A stretch of DNA of 64,000 nucleotides from Occultella glacieicola. GTDB lineage: Bacteria; Actinomycetota; Actinomycetes; Actinomycetales; Beutenbergiaceae. A program made the position numbers and the translations under genes. The DNA is taken from assembly GCF_004353825.1 (NCBI RefSeq), contig NZ_SMNA01000015.1, positions 62,001-126,000 on the forward strand, read 5' to 3'. Position 1 is the first letter of the stretch, and each line of letters starts with the position of its first letter. Shown here in pieces: positions 30,451 to 39,645 of this stretch. The notes beneath the pieces are model-generated. The model searched no databases. It had not been told where the DNA came from and saw nothing but the letters and a program-made list of their open reading frames with translations.

Positions 30451-31110
30451 TTACCCGAACGTCGTCCACTGTCCTTCGGAGACCACCTCGACGGCCCCGT
30501 CGACGACCGTGAAGGCGCTCTGTTCGTCGATGGCATAGGCGGGCCCGCCGATGTCGGTGGCCCACCGCTGCGCATCGGCCAGGGAGTTGCCCGGGAAGGC
30601 GTTCAGGTGCGGGAAGATCGAGAAGTCGACGACGCCAAGGGTGCGGTCGTCCGGTGCGGACGGCCACTCGACGAAGTACTCCCCGATCCGGGGTGCCATC
30701 ACCATGCTCCCGGCGCTCACTTCGACCCAGACCGTGTCGGCCAGCGCAGGCAGGCGCTCGGCAAGCCCCGACTCCCGCATCCAGTGGGCCAGGTACGTCG
30801 CGTCACCGCCGTCGACGAGGAGCACCTCGGCGTCGCGGGCCCAGGGGACCCATCGCTCGGTGCCGATGGTGGGCAGCGCGGTGAGCTCGAGGACGCCGAG
30901 CGAGCACCAACCGAGGCCGGTGAAGTGCTGGAAGTCGGGGTCGGCGGCGATGAGGCCCCGCACCGATCGCGGACCGCACATCGGGTGACCCCACTGCGCG
31001 GTCGGGACACAGAGGGCGTGACACTCGGCCACCGGTTTGCCGAGCAGCTGCACTAGTGCCGAGTGGATGCTCGGGTTCGTGACGCCGCCCGAGGTGAGCA
31101 GGAGCCTCAC
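30451..31110 (-). CDS. Peptidase E / S51 family (type 1 glutamine amidotransferase-like)
   Basis: LLLTSGG, VDGGDATYL, VSAGSMV, IFPHL; GGAGG RBS. Confidence 0.85.
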   Translation of the reverse strand: MRLLLTSGGVTNPSIHSALVQLLGKPVAECHALCVPTAQWGHPMCGPRSVRGLIAADPDFQHFTGLGWCSLGVLELTALPTIGTERWVPWARDAEVLLVDGGDATYLAHWMRESGLAERLPALADTVWVEVSAGSMVMAPRIGEYFVEWPSAPDDRTLGVVDFSIFPHLNAFPGNSLADAQRWATDIGGPAYAIDEQSAFTVVDGAVEVVSEGQWTTFG

Positions 31111-31213
31111 GGTGCCTCCAGAGATTGAGCGCAACGGATGGATGCAGGGTCAGACCCGGGCCTGCGCCGGAACTCGTCGAAGTCCGGGCCCGCCTGTCGC
31201 CGCAGGCCAGGGC

Positions 31214-32005
31214 TCATCGAACGGCCCGCTGCTCCACGGTGAGGATCTCGGACCCGTCCTCGGTGATGGCGATCGTGTGCTCGCTGTGCGCGGTCCGGCA
31301 GCCGGTCGCGCTTCGGAGGGTCCATCCATCGGCGTCGGTCACCAGCTGATCGGTGTCGGCCATCACCCACGGTTCCAGTGCGAGCAGCAGTCCGGGACGC
31401 AGTCGGTAGCCGCGGCCCGGTCGCCCGGTGTTCGGGATGTGCGGATCCTGGTGCATCGTCGATCCGATGCCATGGCCCCCGAAGTCGGTGTTGATGGAGT
31501 ACCCGGCCGCGGTCAGAACCGAGCCGATGGCATGGGAGATGTCGCCCAGACGAGCGCCCGGTCCGGCGGCGGCGATGCCCGCGGTCAGTGCGCGCTCGGT
31601 CGCCTCGATCATCGCGGCGCTCTCGGCACCATCGGTGAGTCGGGCGTCGCCCACGATGAAGCTGATGGCGGCGTCCGCGGCGACACCTCCGTGGGTGACC
31701 GCGAGGTCGAGGGTGAGCAGGTCGCCGTCGGCAAGGGTGTAGTCGTGCGGCATCCCGTGCAGCACGGCGTCGTTGACCGCCGTGCAGATGTAGTGGCCGA
31801 AGGGACCGCGTCCGAACGACGGCGCGTACTCGACGTAGCAGGACTGCGCCCCGGCCTCGGCGATCATCGCCTCGGTCCAGGCGTCGATGTCCAGGAGGTT
31901 CGTGCCGACCAGACTCCGGCTCTTCAGTGTCTGCAGGATGTCGGCGACCAGACCGCCGGTGTGTCGTGCCTGGGCCACCTCGGCGGGTCTGAGGATCTCG
32001 ATCAC
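31214..32005 (-). CDS. map: Methionine aminopeptidase type I (accessory paralogue)
   Basis: ICTAVNDAVLHG, DLA..AADAA, GGHGIG..MHQDP, LEP, AHSEHTIA. Confidence 0.93.
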   Translation of the reverse strand: MIEILRPAEVAQARHTGGLVADILQTLKSRSLVGTNLLDIDAWTEAMIAEAGAQSCYVEYAPSFGRGPFGHYICTAVNDAVLHGMPHDYTLADGDLLTLDLAVTHGGVAADAAISFIVGDARLTDGAESAAMIEATERALTAGIAAAGPGARLGDISHAIGSVLTAAGYSINTDFGGHGIGSTMHQDPHIPNTGRPGRGYRLRPGLLLALEPWVMADTDQLVTDADGWTLRSATGCRTAHSEHTIAITEDGSEILTVEQRAVR

Positions 32006-32024
32006 GAGGTGCCTTCCGAGCGCT

Positions 32025-32068
32025 TCCAATAACTATCCCGGCCATATTATCCCGGTATTACTATTGGA
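32025..32068. promoter_or_regulatory. map/XRE divergent operator region
   Basis: AT-rich; TATCCCGG direct repeats at 32034-32041 and 32048-32055, flanked by inverted TCCAATA/TATTGGA; TACTAT 7 nt before the XRE ATG. Confidence 0.65.
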
Positions 32069-32071
32069 GCC

Positions 32072-32455
32072 ATGGTCAGGTTGCCACTCACCCCCGCAGA
32101 GGTCGAGCGCGGCCGCCGACTCGGTGCGCTGTTGCGGCGCGCCAGGGGAGCGCGCTCGATGCTCGAGGTTGCGCTCGACGCGGGCGTCTCACCCGAGACG
32201 CTCCGGAAGATCGAGTCGGGCCGCGTCGCGACCCCCGCCTTCTCGACCATCGCCGCGATCGCCGATGTCCTCGGGCTCTCGCTCGATATGGTCTGGGCCG
32301 CGATCAACGAGATTGAACGTGGTGCGCCATCGAACCTCGAAAAGTTGATCGCCGAGGGCGGGGTGACTCCCGCGCGCACCAAGCGGCACGCGCTCCCAGC
32401 ACCGGTGGAGTCCCGGGGCGCCGTGAGTGACCTGGTCGCTGACCAGCGTCGTTGA
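32072..32455 (+). CDS. XRE family HTH regulator with antitoxin-like C-terminal extension
   Basis: AGVSPETLRKIESGRVATPAF HTH; extra ~45-aa tail ending VSDLVADQRR. Confidence 0.88.
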   Translation: MVRLPLTPAEVERGRRLGALLRRARGARSMLEVALDAGVSPETLRKIESGRVATPAFSTIAAIADVLGLSLDMVWAAINEIERGAPSNLEKLIAEGGVTPARTKRHALPAPVESRGAVSDLVADQRR

Positions 32456-32502
32456 TCGCCTATCTCGACACTGGCGTTGTGACTCTTGCGCTCACGCCGG
32501 GT
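32452..32502 (+). pseudogene. Truncated VapC/PIN toxin relic
   Basis: TTGA start/stop overlap; reads MIAYLDTGVVTLAL (PIN N-terminal xxYxDT strand), then runs antisense into the MFS gene. Confidence 0.5.
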
Positions 32503-33924
32503 TCAGGCCAGGCGCCGCCGTTCGTCCACGACGGCGATCACCAGTGCCACGGCCACGATCGCCAGCACCACCCGCAGGCTCAGGGACATCGCGTGGTCGT
32601 AGTCGCCCGAGGCGGCGAGAGTGGAGAAGAACACCGCGGCCGTGGCGGCCACGCCCACCGAGGTGCCGACCCGCTGGCCGGTCTGCAGGGCACCCGCGGC
32701 CACGCCGGCGTGATGCACCGGCACGTCGGCGAGGGTGAGGGCCTGGTTCGGGGAGATCACGATGCCGTTGCCGAACCCGGACACGATCAGAACCGCCGCG
32801 ATCCACCAGATGATCGATTCGCCGTCGAACAGGCTCACGAGTACGTCGGTGGCCGCGATGCCGATCAGCATCAGCACGATGCCGGCCACGACCAGCCGTC
32901 TCCCGAACCGGTTCACCCACTTGCCGCCGAGCCAGGCCGAGAGGGATCCGGCGAGCGCGAACGGGGTGAGCACCAGGCCGGCCTGCCACGGCTCGAGGCC
33001 CAGTCCGTTCTGCAGGTACAGGGTCGAGACCAGGAAGATCCCGGTGAACCCGCCGAAGTAGGCCATCCCGAGAGTCGCCCCACGGGTGTACGACGGCGTG
33101 TGGAGCAGGTCCGTGGTGATCACCGGTTGGCCGCCGCGTGCCTCGAGCCGACGCTCCCACCACCCGAACGCTCCCAGGGCGACCGCGGCCACGACGAGCA
33201 GCCACCAGGGTGCGTCGGTGAACGAGCCCTCGGAGACCTGCACGAACGGGAACAGGAAACTCAGCACTGCGATCCCGAGCAGCGCCAGCCCGGGCACGTC
33301 CAGGCTCGCTCGGGCGCCCGGCGCGCGGGCGGGACGCACCCTGGGCAGCAGGCGCCAGGCGAGCGCCAGGGCGATCAGCCCGACCGGGACGTTCACCAGG
33401 AACACCGCCCGCCAGCCCTGTTCGGGGCCGAACGCGGCGATCAACGCGCCGCCCAGCAGCGGTCCCACGGCAGTGGAGAAACCGACGGTCGCGCCGAACC
33501 AGCCGAACGCACGGCCACGGTCCGGGCCGCTGAAGAGCTCCTGGATCATCGCGATGACCTGCGGGTTCAGCAGCCCCGCGGCCGCGCCCTGGAGGAGCCG
33601 GCCGACCGCCAGCATCGGCGCGGACGCGACCAACCCACACAGCGCACTGGTCAGCACGAACAGGGTCAGGCCGATCAGGAACATCACCCGGCGCCCGAAC
33701 AGGTCACCGAGCCGGCCGGCGGGTACCAGGACGAGGCCGAACGCGAGCGTGTATCCGGCCACGATCCACTGCAGGTGGGACGGGCTGGCGGTCAGGGCAC
33801 CTTCGATCGAGGGCAGGGCGACGTTGACGATGGAGACGTCGAGCAGGGTCATGAAGCCCGCGGTCAGGCAGACCGCGAAGGCACGCCAGGGACGGCTCAC
33901 GGCGGCGGGTGGGGTGGTGGGCAT
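32503..33924 (-). CDS. MFS drug:H+ antiporter (DHA2/EmrB-like)
   Basis: FMTLLDVSIVNVALPSI, WIVAGY, GRLGDLFGRR, FLVNVPVG. Confidence 0.93.
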   Translation of the reverse strand: MPTTPPAAVSRPWRAFAVCLTAGFMTLLDVSIVNVALPSIEGALTASPSHLQWIVAGYTLAFGLVLVPAGRLGDLFGRRVMFLIGLTLFVLTSALCGLVASAPMLAVGRLLQGAAAGLLNPQVIAMIQELFSGPDRGRAFGWFGATVGFSTAVGPLLGGALIAAFGPEQGWRAVFLVNVPVGLIALALAWRLLPRVRPARAPGARASLDVPGLALLGIAVLSFLFPFVQVSEGSFTDAPWWLLVVAAVALGAFGWWERRLEARGGQPVITTDLLHTPSYTRGATLGMAYFGGFTGIFLVSTLYLQNGLGLEPWQAGLVLTPFALAGSLSAWLGGKWVNRFGRRLVVAGIVLMLIGIAATDVLVSLFDGESIIWWIAAVLIVSGFGNGIVISPNQALTLADVPVHHAGVAAGALQTGQRVGTSVGVAATAAVFFSTLAASGDYDHAMSLSLRVVLAIVAVALVIAVVDERRRLA

Positions 33925-34026
33925 CAGGGCTAGGTCTACCACGCAGTCCCGACTCCCGAACCCGGTGCCCAGCGGGTGACCGGCGTGTCCCGTCCGTGCC
34001 CTCGCGCGGGCACGGACAATGCAGGG

Positions 34027-35025
34027 GTGCCCCTCATCGACAACGCCGTGTACGTCGACGGCGCGCGGATCGCCGATCCCGCGAGCCTCGACCAGACGTT
34101 CGAGTACCTGCGCACCACCGGTGGCCTCGGCTGGATCGGCCTGCTGCGGCCGACGGACGACGAACTGACGACCGTGGCGGAGGAGTTCGGGCTGCATCCA
34201 CTCGCCGTCGAGGACGCGCGTACCGGCCACCAGCGCGCGAAGCTCGAACGCTACGAGGACACGCTCTTCGTGGTGCTGCGGCCAGCCTGGTATGAGGACG
34301 CGACCGAGACGGTCGAGTTCGGTGAGCTGCACGTCTTCGTCGGCCACGACTTCGTGGTCACGGTGCGCCACGGTGACGCGCCGGACCTCTCCCGCGTGCG
34401 GAGCCGGATGGAGACCGAGCCCGACCTGCTCGCCCGGGGCGCACAGGCCATCCTGTACGCGATCCTCGACGAGGTCGTCGACCAGTACGAGCCGGTCATC
34501 CGCGGGGTCGAGAACGACATCGACGAGATCGAGGACGCACTGTTCAGCGACACCCGGATGGCGCTGTCACGGCGGATCTACGAGCTCTCCGGCGAGGTGA
34601 TCGCCTTCCAGCGCAGCACCCAGCCGCTGGCCGGGATGCTCGAGGCGCTCCAGCGTGGCGAGCAGAAGTACGGCATCGACGTCGAGTTGCAGCGGCTGGT
34701 CCGCGACGTCGCGGATCACGTCATCCAGGTGACCGACCGGATCGCCTCGTTCCGCGCCATCCTCGACAACGCGCTCACCGTCAACGCGACGATCGTCACG
34801 CAGCGCCAGACCGAGACCGCGCTGGAGCAGAACGACCAGGTGAAGAAGATCTCGGGCTGGGCGGCCATCCTGTTCGGTCCGTCGCTCGTCGGCGCGATCT
34901 ACGGCATGAACTTCGACCACATGCCCGAACTGCACTGGGCGCTCGGCTATCCCTTCGCGCTCGCACTGATGGCGGCGACGAGCCTGACCCTGTGGCGCAT
35001 CTTCAAGTGGCGCAAGTGGATGTAG
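34027..35025 (+). CDS. corA: Magnesium/cobalt transporter CorA family
   Basis: LHPLAVED, HQRAKLERY, IYGMNFDHMPEL. Confidence 0.93.
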   Translation: MPLIDNAVYVDGARIADPASLDQTFEYLRTTGGLGWIGLLRPTDDELTTVAEEFGLHPLAVEDARTGHQRAKLERYEDTLFVVLRPAWYEDATETVEFGELHVFVGHDFVVTVRHGDAPDLSRVRSRMETEPDLLARGAQAILYAILDEVVDQYEPVIRGVENDIDEIEDALFSDTRMALSRRIYELSGEVIAFQRSTQPLAGMLEALQRGEQKYGIDVELQRLVRDVADHVIQVTDRIASFRAILDNALTVNATIVTQRQTETALEQNDQVKKISGWAAILFGPSLVGAIYGMNFDHMPELHWALGYPFALALMAATSLTLWRIFKWRKWM

Positions 35026-35035
35026 CCGCGGACCG

Positions 35036-37072
35036 CTATCCCTCGCGGATCACCAGCACGTCCTTCGGGGCCAGCCGCAGCGTCTCGCCCGCCGCGATGA
35101 CCCGACCGGTCAGCACGTCGGTCCCGCTGGTGTGGGCGGCGACCTCGACCGGCTCCTCGCCATGCCAGAGCACGAACGAGTGGCGCACGCCTTCGCGCTC
35201 ACGCACGCTCACCTCGAGCTCGGGTTCGTCGGGGTAGGGCCCGAGCAGCCCGTGCCCGGCCAGGGCGGTCCGCACGACCCAGGCGACGCCGTCGGCGGCC
35301 AGCTGCGTACCCACGTACCAGGCCGCGCCGGCGCGCCCGCCCGGCCGGTACCGGGTCACGGCCGGCTCGCCGGCATAGAAGTCGGCGCCGTAGGTGCCGA
35401 CCACGTCGGCGCCCTCGGGCACGAGCACCTCCATGACGAGGTGGCCGTCCGCGGTCAGCGCGGCGCCACCGTCGGCGCCGTCCGGATCGGTGAGGGTGAC
35501 CGGGTTCGCGACGTCACGCGGTTGCGCGTCCGTCTCGGCCACCCGGACCCCGAACAGGGACGTGAAGCCGCCCGGGTCGTCGCCGAGGAAGGCGTTGTCG
35601 TCGACGTCCACCCGCCCGGACAGGAATGACGTGAGCACCGTGCCGCCGCGGGCGACCACGGCCGCGAGCCGCTGGGTCAGGTCGCCCTTGACCATGTGCA
35701 GCAGCGGCGCGAGCACGACGTCGTAGCCGGCCAGGTCCGCGGTCACGGGCACCACGTCCAGGTCCACGTTCGCCTCCCACAGCGCTCGGTGATAGCCGAG
35801 CACCACGTCGGGATAGGTGACGTGCCGGTTCGGACCGTCGGAGATCTCCGCCGCCCACCAACTGTCCCAGTCGAACAGCAGCGCCACCCGCGCCGGGGTC
35901 CGGGCACCGAGCGTGGCATCGCCGAGCCGCTCCAGCTCACCGCCGAGCGTGGCCGCCTCCGTGAACGCGCGGGTGTCGGTGCGGCCGGTGTGGTCGAGAA
36001 CCGCGCCGTGGTACTTCTCGCACGCCCCACGGGACTGGCGCATCTGGAAGTACAGCACCGCGTCCGCCCCGTGCGCGACGGCCTGCCAGGACCACAGCCG
36101 CAGCACTCCGGGCCGCTTCACCGGGTTCACGTCCCGGCTGGCCGTGGTGGTGGGGGTCTGCTCCATCACCCAGAACGGCGCGCCGTCCTTCAGCCCGCGC
36201 ATCAGGTCGTGGGTGAACGCCATCCGGGCCTGGGCGTGTTCGTTCGGCGGGTAGTTGTCCCAGGTCGCCAGGTCCAGGTGCTCGGCCCAGCGGTGGTAGT
36301 CGATCGGGCGGTACATGCCCATGAAGTTCGTGGTCACCGGGGTGCTGGGGTCGTGCTCGCGGATCGCGGCCTTCTCGTCGGTGAAGTTGCGCAGCATCGC
36401 GTCCGAGGTGAACCGGAGATAGTCCAGGGTGATGCCCTGGAACGCGGTGTGGTTCGGTCCCCGCCAGTGCTCGGTGAGCGCGCTCGGCGGCTCGATCTCA
36501 TCCCAGTCCGTGAACGTGTGTGACCAGAACGTGGCGTTCCAGGCGTGGTTGAGCCGGTCCAGGTTGCCGTACCGCGCACGCAGCCAGAGGCGGAACGCGG
36601 CCGCGCAGTTGTCGCAGTAGCAGGCGCCGCCGTACTCGTTGCCGACGTGCCAGGCGATCAGGCCGGGGGTGCCGGCGTAGCGTTGCGCGATCCGCCCGGC
36701 GAGCGCCGCGGAGAGCCGCTGGAACACCGGCGAACTGGGGCAGTGGTTGTGCCGTTGCCCGTACCGGTGCCGGCGCCCCTCGAAGTCCGTGCGGTTCACC
36801 TCCGGGTGAGCCTTGGCCAGCCATGGCGGCAACGCCCCGGTCGCGGTGGCCAGCACGATCTTGCGGCCCTCGGCGACGATCCGGGCCACGATCGCATCCA
36901 GCGTCGTGAAGTCGTAGGCGTCCTCGCCGGTCTGCAGGTGAGCCCACGCGAACACCCCGACGGTGAGGGTGTCGATGCGGGCCAGGGAGAACGCCTCGTG
37001 GTCGGCCGCCCAGACCTCCTGCGGCCACTGCTCCGGGTTGTAGTCGCCGCCGTAGGCGATCTGCTCAGCCAT
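35036..37072 (-). CDS. Beta-galactosidase, GH42
   Basis: YGGDYNPEQW, WHVGNEYG (acid/base), CYCDNC, WVMEQ (nucleophile), EKYHGAV. Confidence 0.95.
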   Translation of the reverse strand: MAEQIAYGGDYNPEQWPQEVWAADHEAFSLARIDTLTVGVFAWAHLQTGEDAYDFTTLDAIVARIVAEGRKIVLATATGALPPWLAKAHPEVNRTDFEGRRHRYGQRHNHCPSSPVFQRLSAALAGRIAQRYAGTPGLIAWHVGNEYGGACYCDNCAAAFRLWLRARYGNLDRLNHAWNATFWSHTFTDWDEIEPPSALTEHWRGPNHTAFQGITLDYLRFTSDAMLRNFTDEKAAIREHDPSTPVTTNFMGMYRPIDYHRWAEHLDLATWDNYPPNEHAQARMAFTHDLMRGLKDGAPFWVMEQTPTTTASRDVNPVKRPGVLRLWSWQAVAHGADAVLYFQMRQSRGACEKYHGAVLDHTGRTDTRAFTEAATLGGELERLGDATLGARTPARVALLFDWDSWWAAEISDGPNRHVTYPDVVLGYHRALWEANVDLDVVPVTADLAGYDVVLAPLLHMVKGDLTQRLAAVVARGGTVLTSFLSGRVDVDDNAFLGDDPGGFTSLFGVRVAETDAQPRDVANPVTLTDPDGADGGAALTADGHLVMEVLVPEGADVVGTYGADFYAGEPAVTRYRPGGRAGAAWYVGTQLAADGVAWVVRTALAGHGLLGPYPDEPELEVSVREREGVRHSFVLWHGEEPVEVAAHTSGTDVLTGRVIAAGETLRLAPKDVLVIREG

Positions 37073-37760
37073 TGATGAAGTTCTCCTCGAGGTGGTCGCG
37101 GACGGGACGCTCGCCGCGCAGCAGCAGCCAGATCAGTGGCGCGGCGGCGAGCACGGGCAGCCAGTCGGAGACGCCGAGCGCGGCACCCGCGACGATCGCC
37201 ACCAGTACGGCCACCCCGATGCTCGCCATGGGCTTCGCGGTCAGGTAGTAGATGCTCAGCCGGGCGACGTCCCGGGTGCGCAGGTTGTACAGGGACGAGA
37301 TCACCACGGCGTGGCCGCTGGCCACGAGCAGGCCGAGCCCGACGGCGGCGCTCACCGCGCCGAGGAGGGTGCGGACCGCGGGTGGTCCGGTGACCGCGTC
37401 CAGGTTCGTCAGGTTGATGCCGAGCAGTGTCAACGCGGCGAGGGTCGGCACCCACCAGCGCAGCACGTCCCACACGCAGCGGCGGTAGCCGCGCAGGAAG
37501 TGCCGGGCCGGCTCGGGGTCGGCGTCCTCGCCGAAGGCCCGCCACGCGTACAGGGCGGCGCCGGTGGCCGGGCCCAGCGGGATCAGGGCGAGCGCCATCA
37601 GGGGGATGTTGCTCGCGACCGGCAGCAGGAGCAGCAGCAGGAGCAGGCCCGGCAGGGACGCCAGGACCCAGCACACCTCGAGGACCACGAGCCAGTGGAT
37701 CACGGAGGCGGCTCGTGAGATCGGGCGGCTGGAGAACTCGGGCTGGGTCATGGTCGTCAT
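37065..37760 (-). CDS. YesL/DUF624-like membrane protein
   Basis: LGPATGAALYA..ARHFLRGYR; multiple TM segments; typical position in a sugar ABC operon. Confidence 0.75.
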   Translation of the reverse strand: MTTMTQPEFSSRPISRAASVIHWLVVLEVCWVLASLPGLLLLLLLLPVASNIPLMALALIPLGPATGAALYAWRAFGEDADPEPARHFLRGYRRCVWDVLRWWVPTLAALTLLGINLTNLDAVTGPPAVRTLLGAVSAAVGLGLLVASGHAVVISSLYNLRTRDVARLSIYYLTAKPMASIGVAVLVAIVAGAALGVSDWLPVLAAAPLIWLLLRGERPVRDHLEENFING

Positions 37761-37801
37761 TGTGTCGGTTGGCTCCGGTCGTAGGTGACGGCGGACGTGC
37801 C

Positions 37802-37831
37802 GCCGCCCGGCACCGGATGGTGCCGGGCGGC
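37802..37831 (-). terminator. Intra-operon stem-loop downstream of the binding-protein gene
   Basis: Perfect 13-bp stem GCCGCCCGGCACC-GGAT-GGTGCCGGGCGGC. Confidence 0.7.
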
Positions 37832-37834
37832 AGT

Positions 37835-37894
37835 GCCTTGGTCTGCCTTGGTCTGCCTTGGTCTGCCTTGATCCGCCTCGGTCCGCCTCGGGGA
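37835..37894. repeat. 10-bp tandem repeat, 6 units
   Basis: GCCTTGGTCT x3, then GCCTTGATCC, GCCTCGGTCC, GCCTCGGGGA. Confidence 0.9.
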
Positions 37895-37898
37895 CGAC

Positions 37899-39572
37899 TC
37901 AGCCGGCGCTGACGTCGGCCGCCTCGTTGACGAGGTCGACGTACCGGGACATCCCAGCCGCCTCGAGCTCGGCGGCGTAGGCGTCCCACTCGTCGAGGGA
38001 GCGCTGGCCGAGGATGAACGCCGCCGTGTTCTGCATGACGTTGTCCTGCAGGGCGGTCTGCAGCAGGGAGGCCTGCTCCCGCTGCATCTCGTCCATCGTG
38101 ATCGCGGGGCCCTGGGGGGCGACGTCCTTCTCATTCATCGCGTTCAGGAAGTCCACCACCTCCGGGCGGAGCATCGACTGGACGAGCTCCGCGGTCGCGC
38201 CGTGGTTGAGCATCCAGACACCGTTGTGGTACCCGTAGTCGGTGTTCAGGGCCTCCGGTGCGCCCGGGTTGAGGCCGTTGATGTCGATCGTCTCGACCAG
38301 GGTCCGGGTGCCGTCCGCGGCGGTGTTGAAGGTCTCGCCCTCGACGCCCCACTTGGCGAACTCGAGGCCCTCGTCGGAGTAGTACAGCCAGTCGACGAAC
38401 TGCAGCATGGCCACGAAGTTCGGCGAGTCGGCGGCGTCCGCGGAGAACGCGATCCCGGACTCGAACCGGCCGCCGGTGCCGGCGTCCATGATGTTGCCGG
38501 CGGGGCCCGCGGGCACGGTCAGGTAGCGCACCTCTGCCTCGGTGTTCCCGGCGTCCGTGAACGCCTGTCGGTAGCGCAGGATCTCCTGGTCGTTGACCCC
38601 GATGGCGGCGGACTGACCGGAGGTGAACTTCGCGATCGCGGCGTCATCGTCCTGGGTGAGCGACTCCGGGTCGAGCAGCCCGTCCGCCACGAGACCGGAG
38701 AAGTAGGTGATCAGGTCCCGGTAGCCGTCGGAGGCGCCGGTGTAGATGTACTCCTCGGCCTCGGGGTCCCAGGTCACGCCGTCGCCGAAGCCCCAGCCGG
38801 CCTCGGTGCCGAAGTTCCCGGACGCCGCCTGCAGGGTGGCCTCGAGGGGACCGTTCGTCGACCAGCGGTCGGAGTAGGGGTAGGCGAGATCCGGGTTCGC
38901 CTCCTGGACGATCGCCAGTTGCTCGGCGAACTCGTCCCAGGTCTGCGGGTCCTCGGTGATGCCGGCGGCCTCCCAGAGGTCCGCGCGGATCGCGATCGAG
39001 TAGGCGGGCTTCGGGTTCTCATGCAGGCCCGGCAGCAGATAGAAGTTGCCGTCCTCCTGGCGGAGCCGGTCCACGTCCTCGGTGAGGCCCCACTCCTCCA
39101 TCTTCTGGGTGAAGTTCGGCAGGTACTCCAGGTACTGCGAGATCGGGAGGATGGCTCCGCTGCCGGTGAACGGCTCGATGTCCGCCGCGTAGGTGGACGG
39201 GATCAGCATCGGGGCGTCGCCGGCGCTGATCAGCAGGGACCGGCGGTCGTTCCAGTCCGAGAGCGGCACGTTCACGTAGTCGAAGGTGACGTTGTTGTCC
39301 GCCTCGAGGTGCTGCAGGATCGACCAGTCCTCGTTGAAGGGGTAGTTCGGGTGGTCCCGGTAGAGCAGCGAGAACTCGACCGGTTCGGTGGCCACGAACG
39401 TGGTGCCGATGTCGTAGTCCTCCATCGCGCCGACCATGTTGTCGTCGAGCGCGCCCGGCTCGGGGCCATTGCCCTCGCCGGAGTCGTCGCCGTCGGAACT
39501 GCACGCCGCGAGGGTGATCGCCAGGGCCGCGGCGAGCAGGCCCGCGGCCGCCTTCTTTCCATTCCTTCTCAT
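37899..39572 (-). CDS. Sugar ABC substrate-binding lipoprotein (LplA-like)
   Basis: LAAC lipobox; LLISAGDAP, IRADLWE, WGVEGET; GGAGG RBS. Confidence 0.92.
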   Translation of the reverse strand: MRRNGKKAAAGLLAAALAITLAACSSDGDDSGEGNGPEPGALDDNMVGAMEDYDIGTTFVATEPVEFSLLYRDHPNYPFNEDWSILQHLEADNNVTFDYVNVPLSDWNDRRSLLISAGDAPMLIPSTYAADIEPFTGSGAILPISQYLEYLPNFTQKMEEWGLTEDVDRLRQEDGNFYLLPGLHENPKPAYSIAIRADLWEAAGITEDPQTWDEFAEQLAIVQEANPDLAYPYSDRWSTNGPLEATLQAASGNFGTEAGWGFGDGVTWDPEAEEYIYTGASDGYRDLITYFSGLVADGLLDPESLTQDDDAAIAKFTSGQSAAIGVNDQEILRYRQAFTDAGNTEAEVRYLTVPAGPAGNIMDAGTGGRFESGIAFSADAADSPNFVAMLQFVDWLYYSDEGLEFAKWGVEGETFNTAADGTRTLVETIDINGLNPGAPEALNTDYGYHNGVWMLNHGATAELVQSMLRPEVVDFLNAMNEKDVAPQGPAITMDEMQREQASLLQTALQDNVMQNTAAFILGQRSLDEWDAYAAELEAAGMSRYVDLVNEAADVSAG

Positions 39573-39645
39573 TGTTTCCTCCGGGGTTGAACGTCGTCGT
39601 TCACGACGGTTTGGGGACTTGCGGTCGGATGGGAGTGAGCGCGGG

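Noticed and set aside
37835..37894. Tandem repeat as a possible CRISPR array
   Set aside because: 10-bp units without spacers; no cas genes
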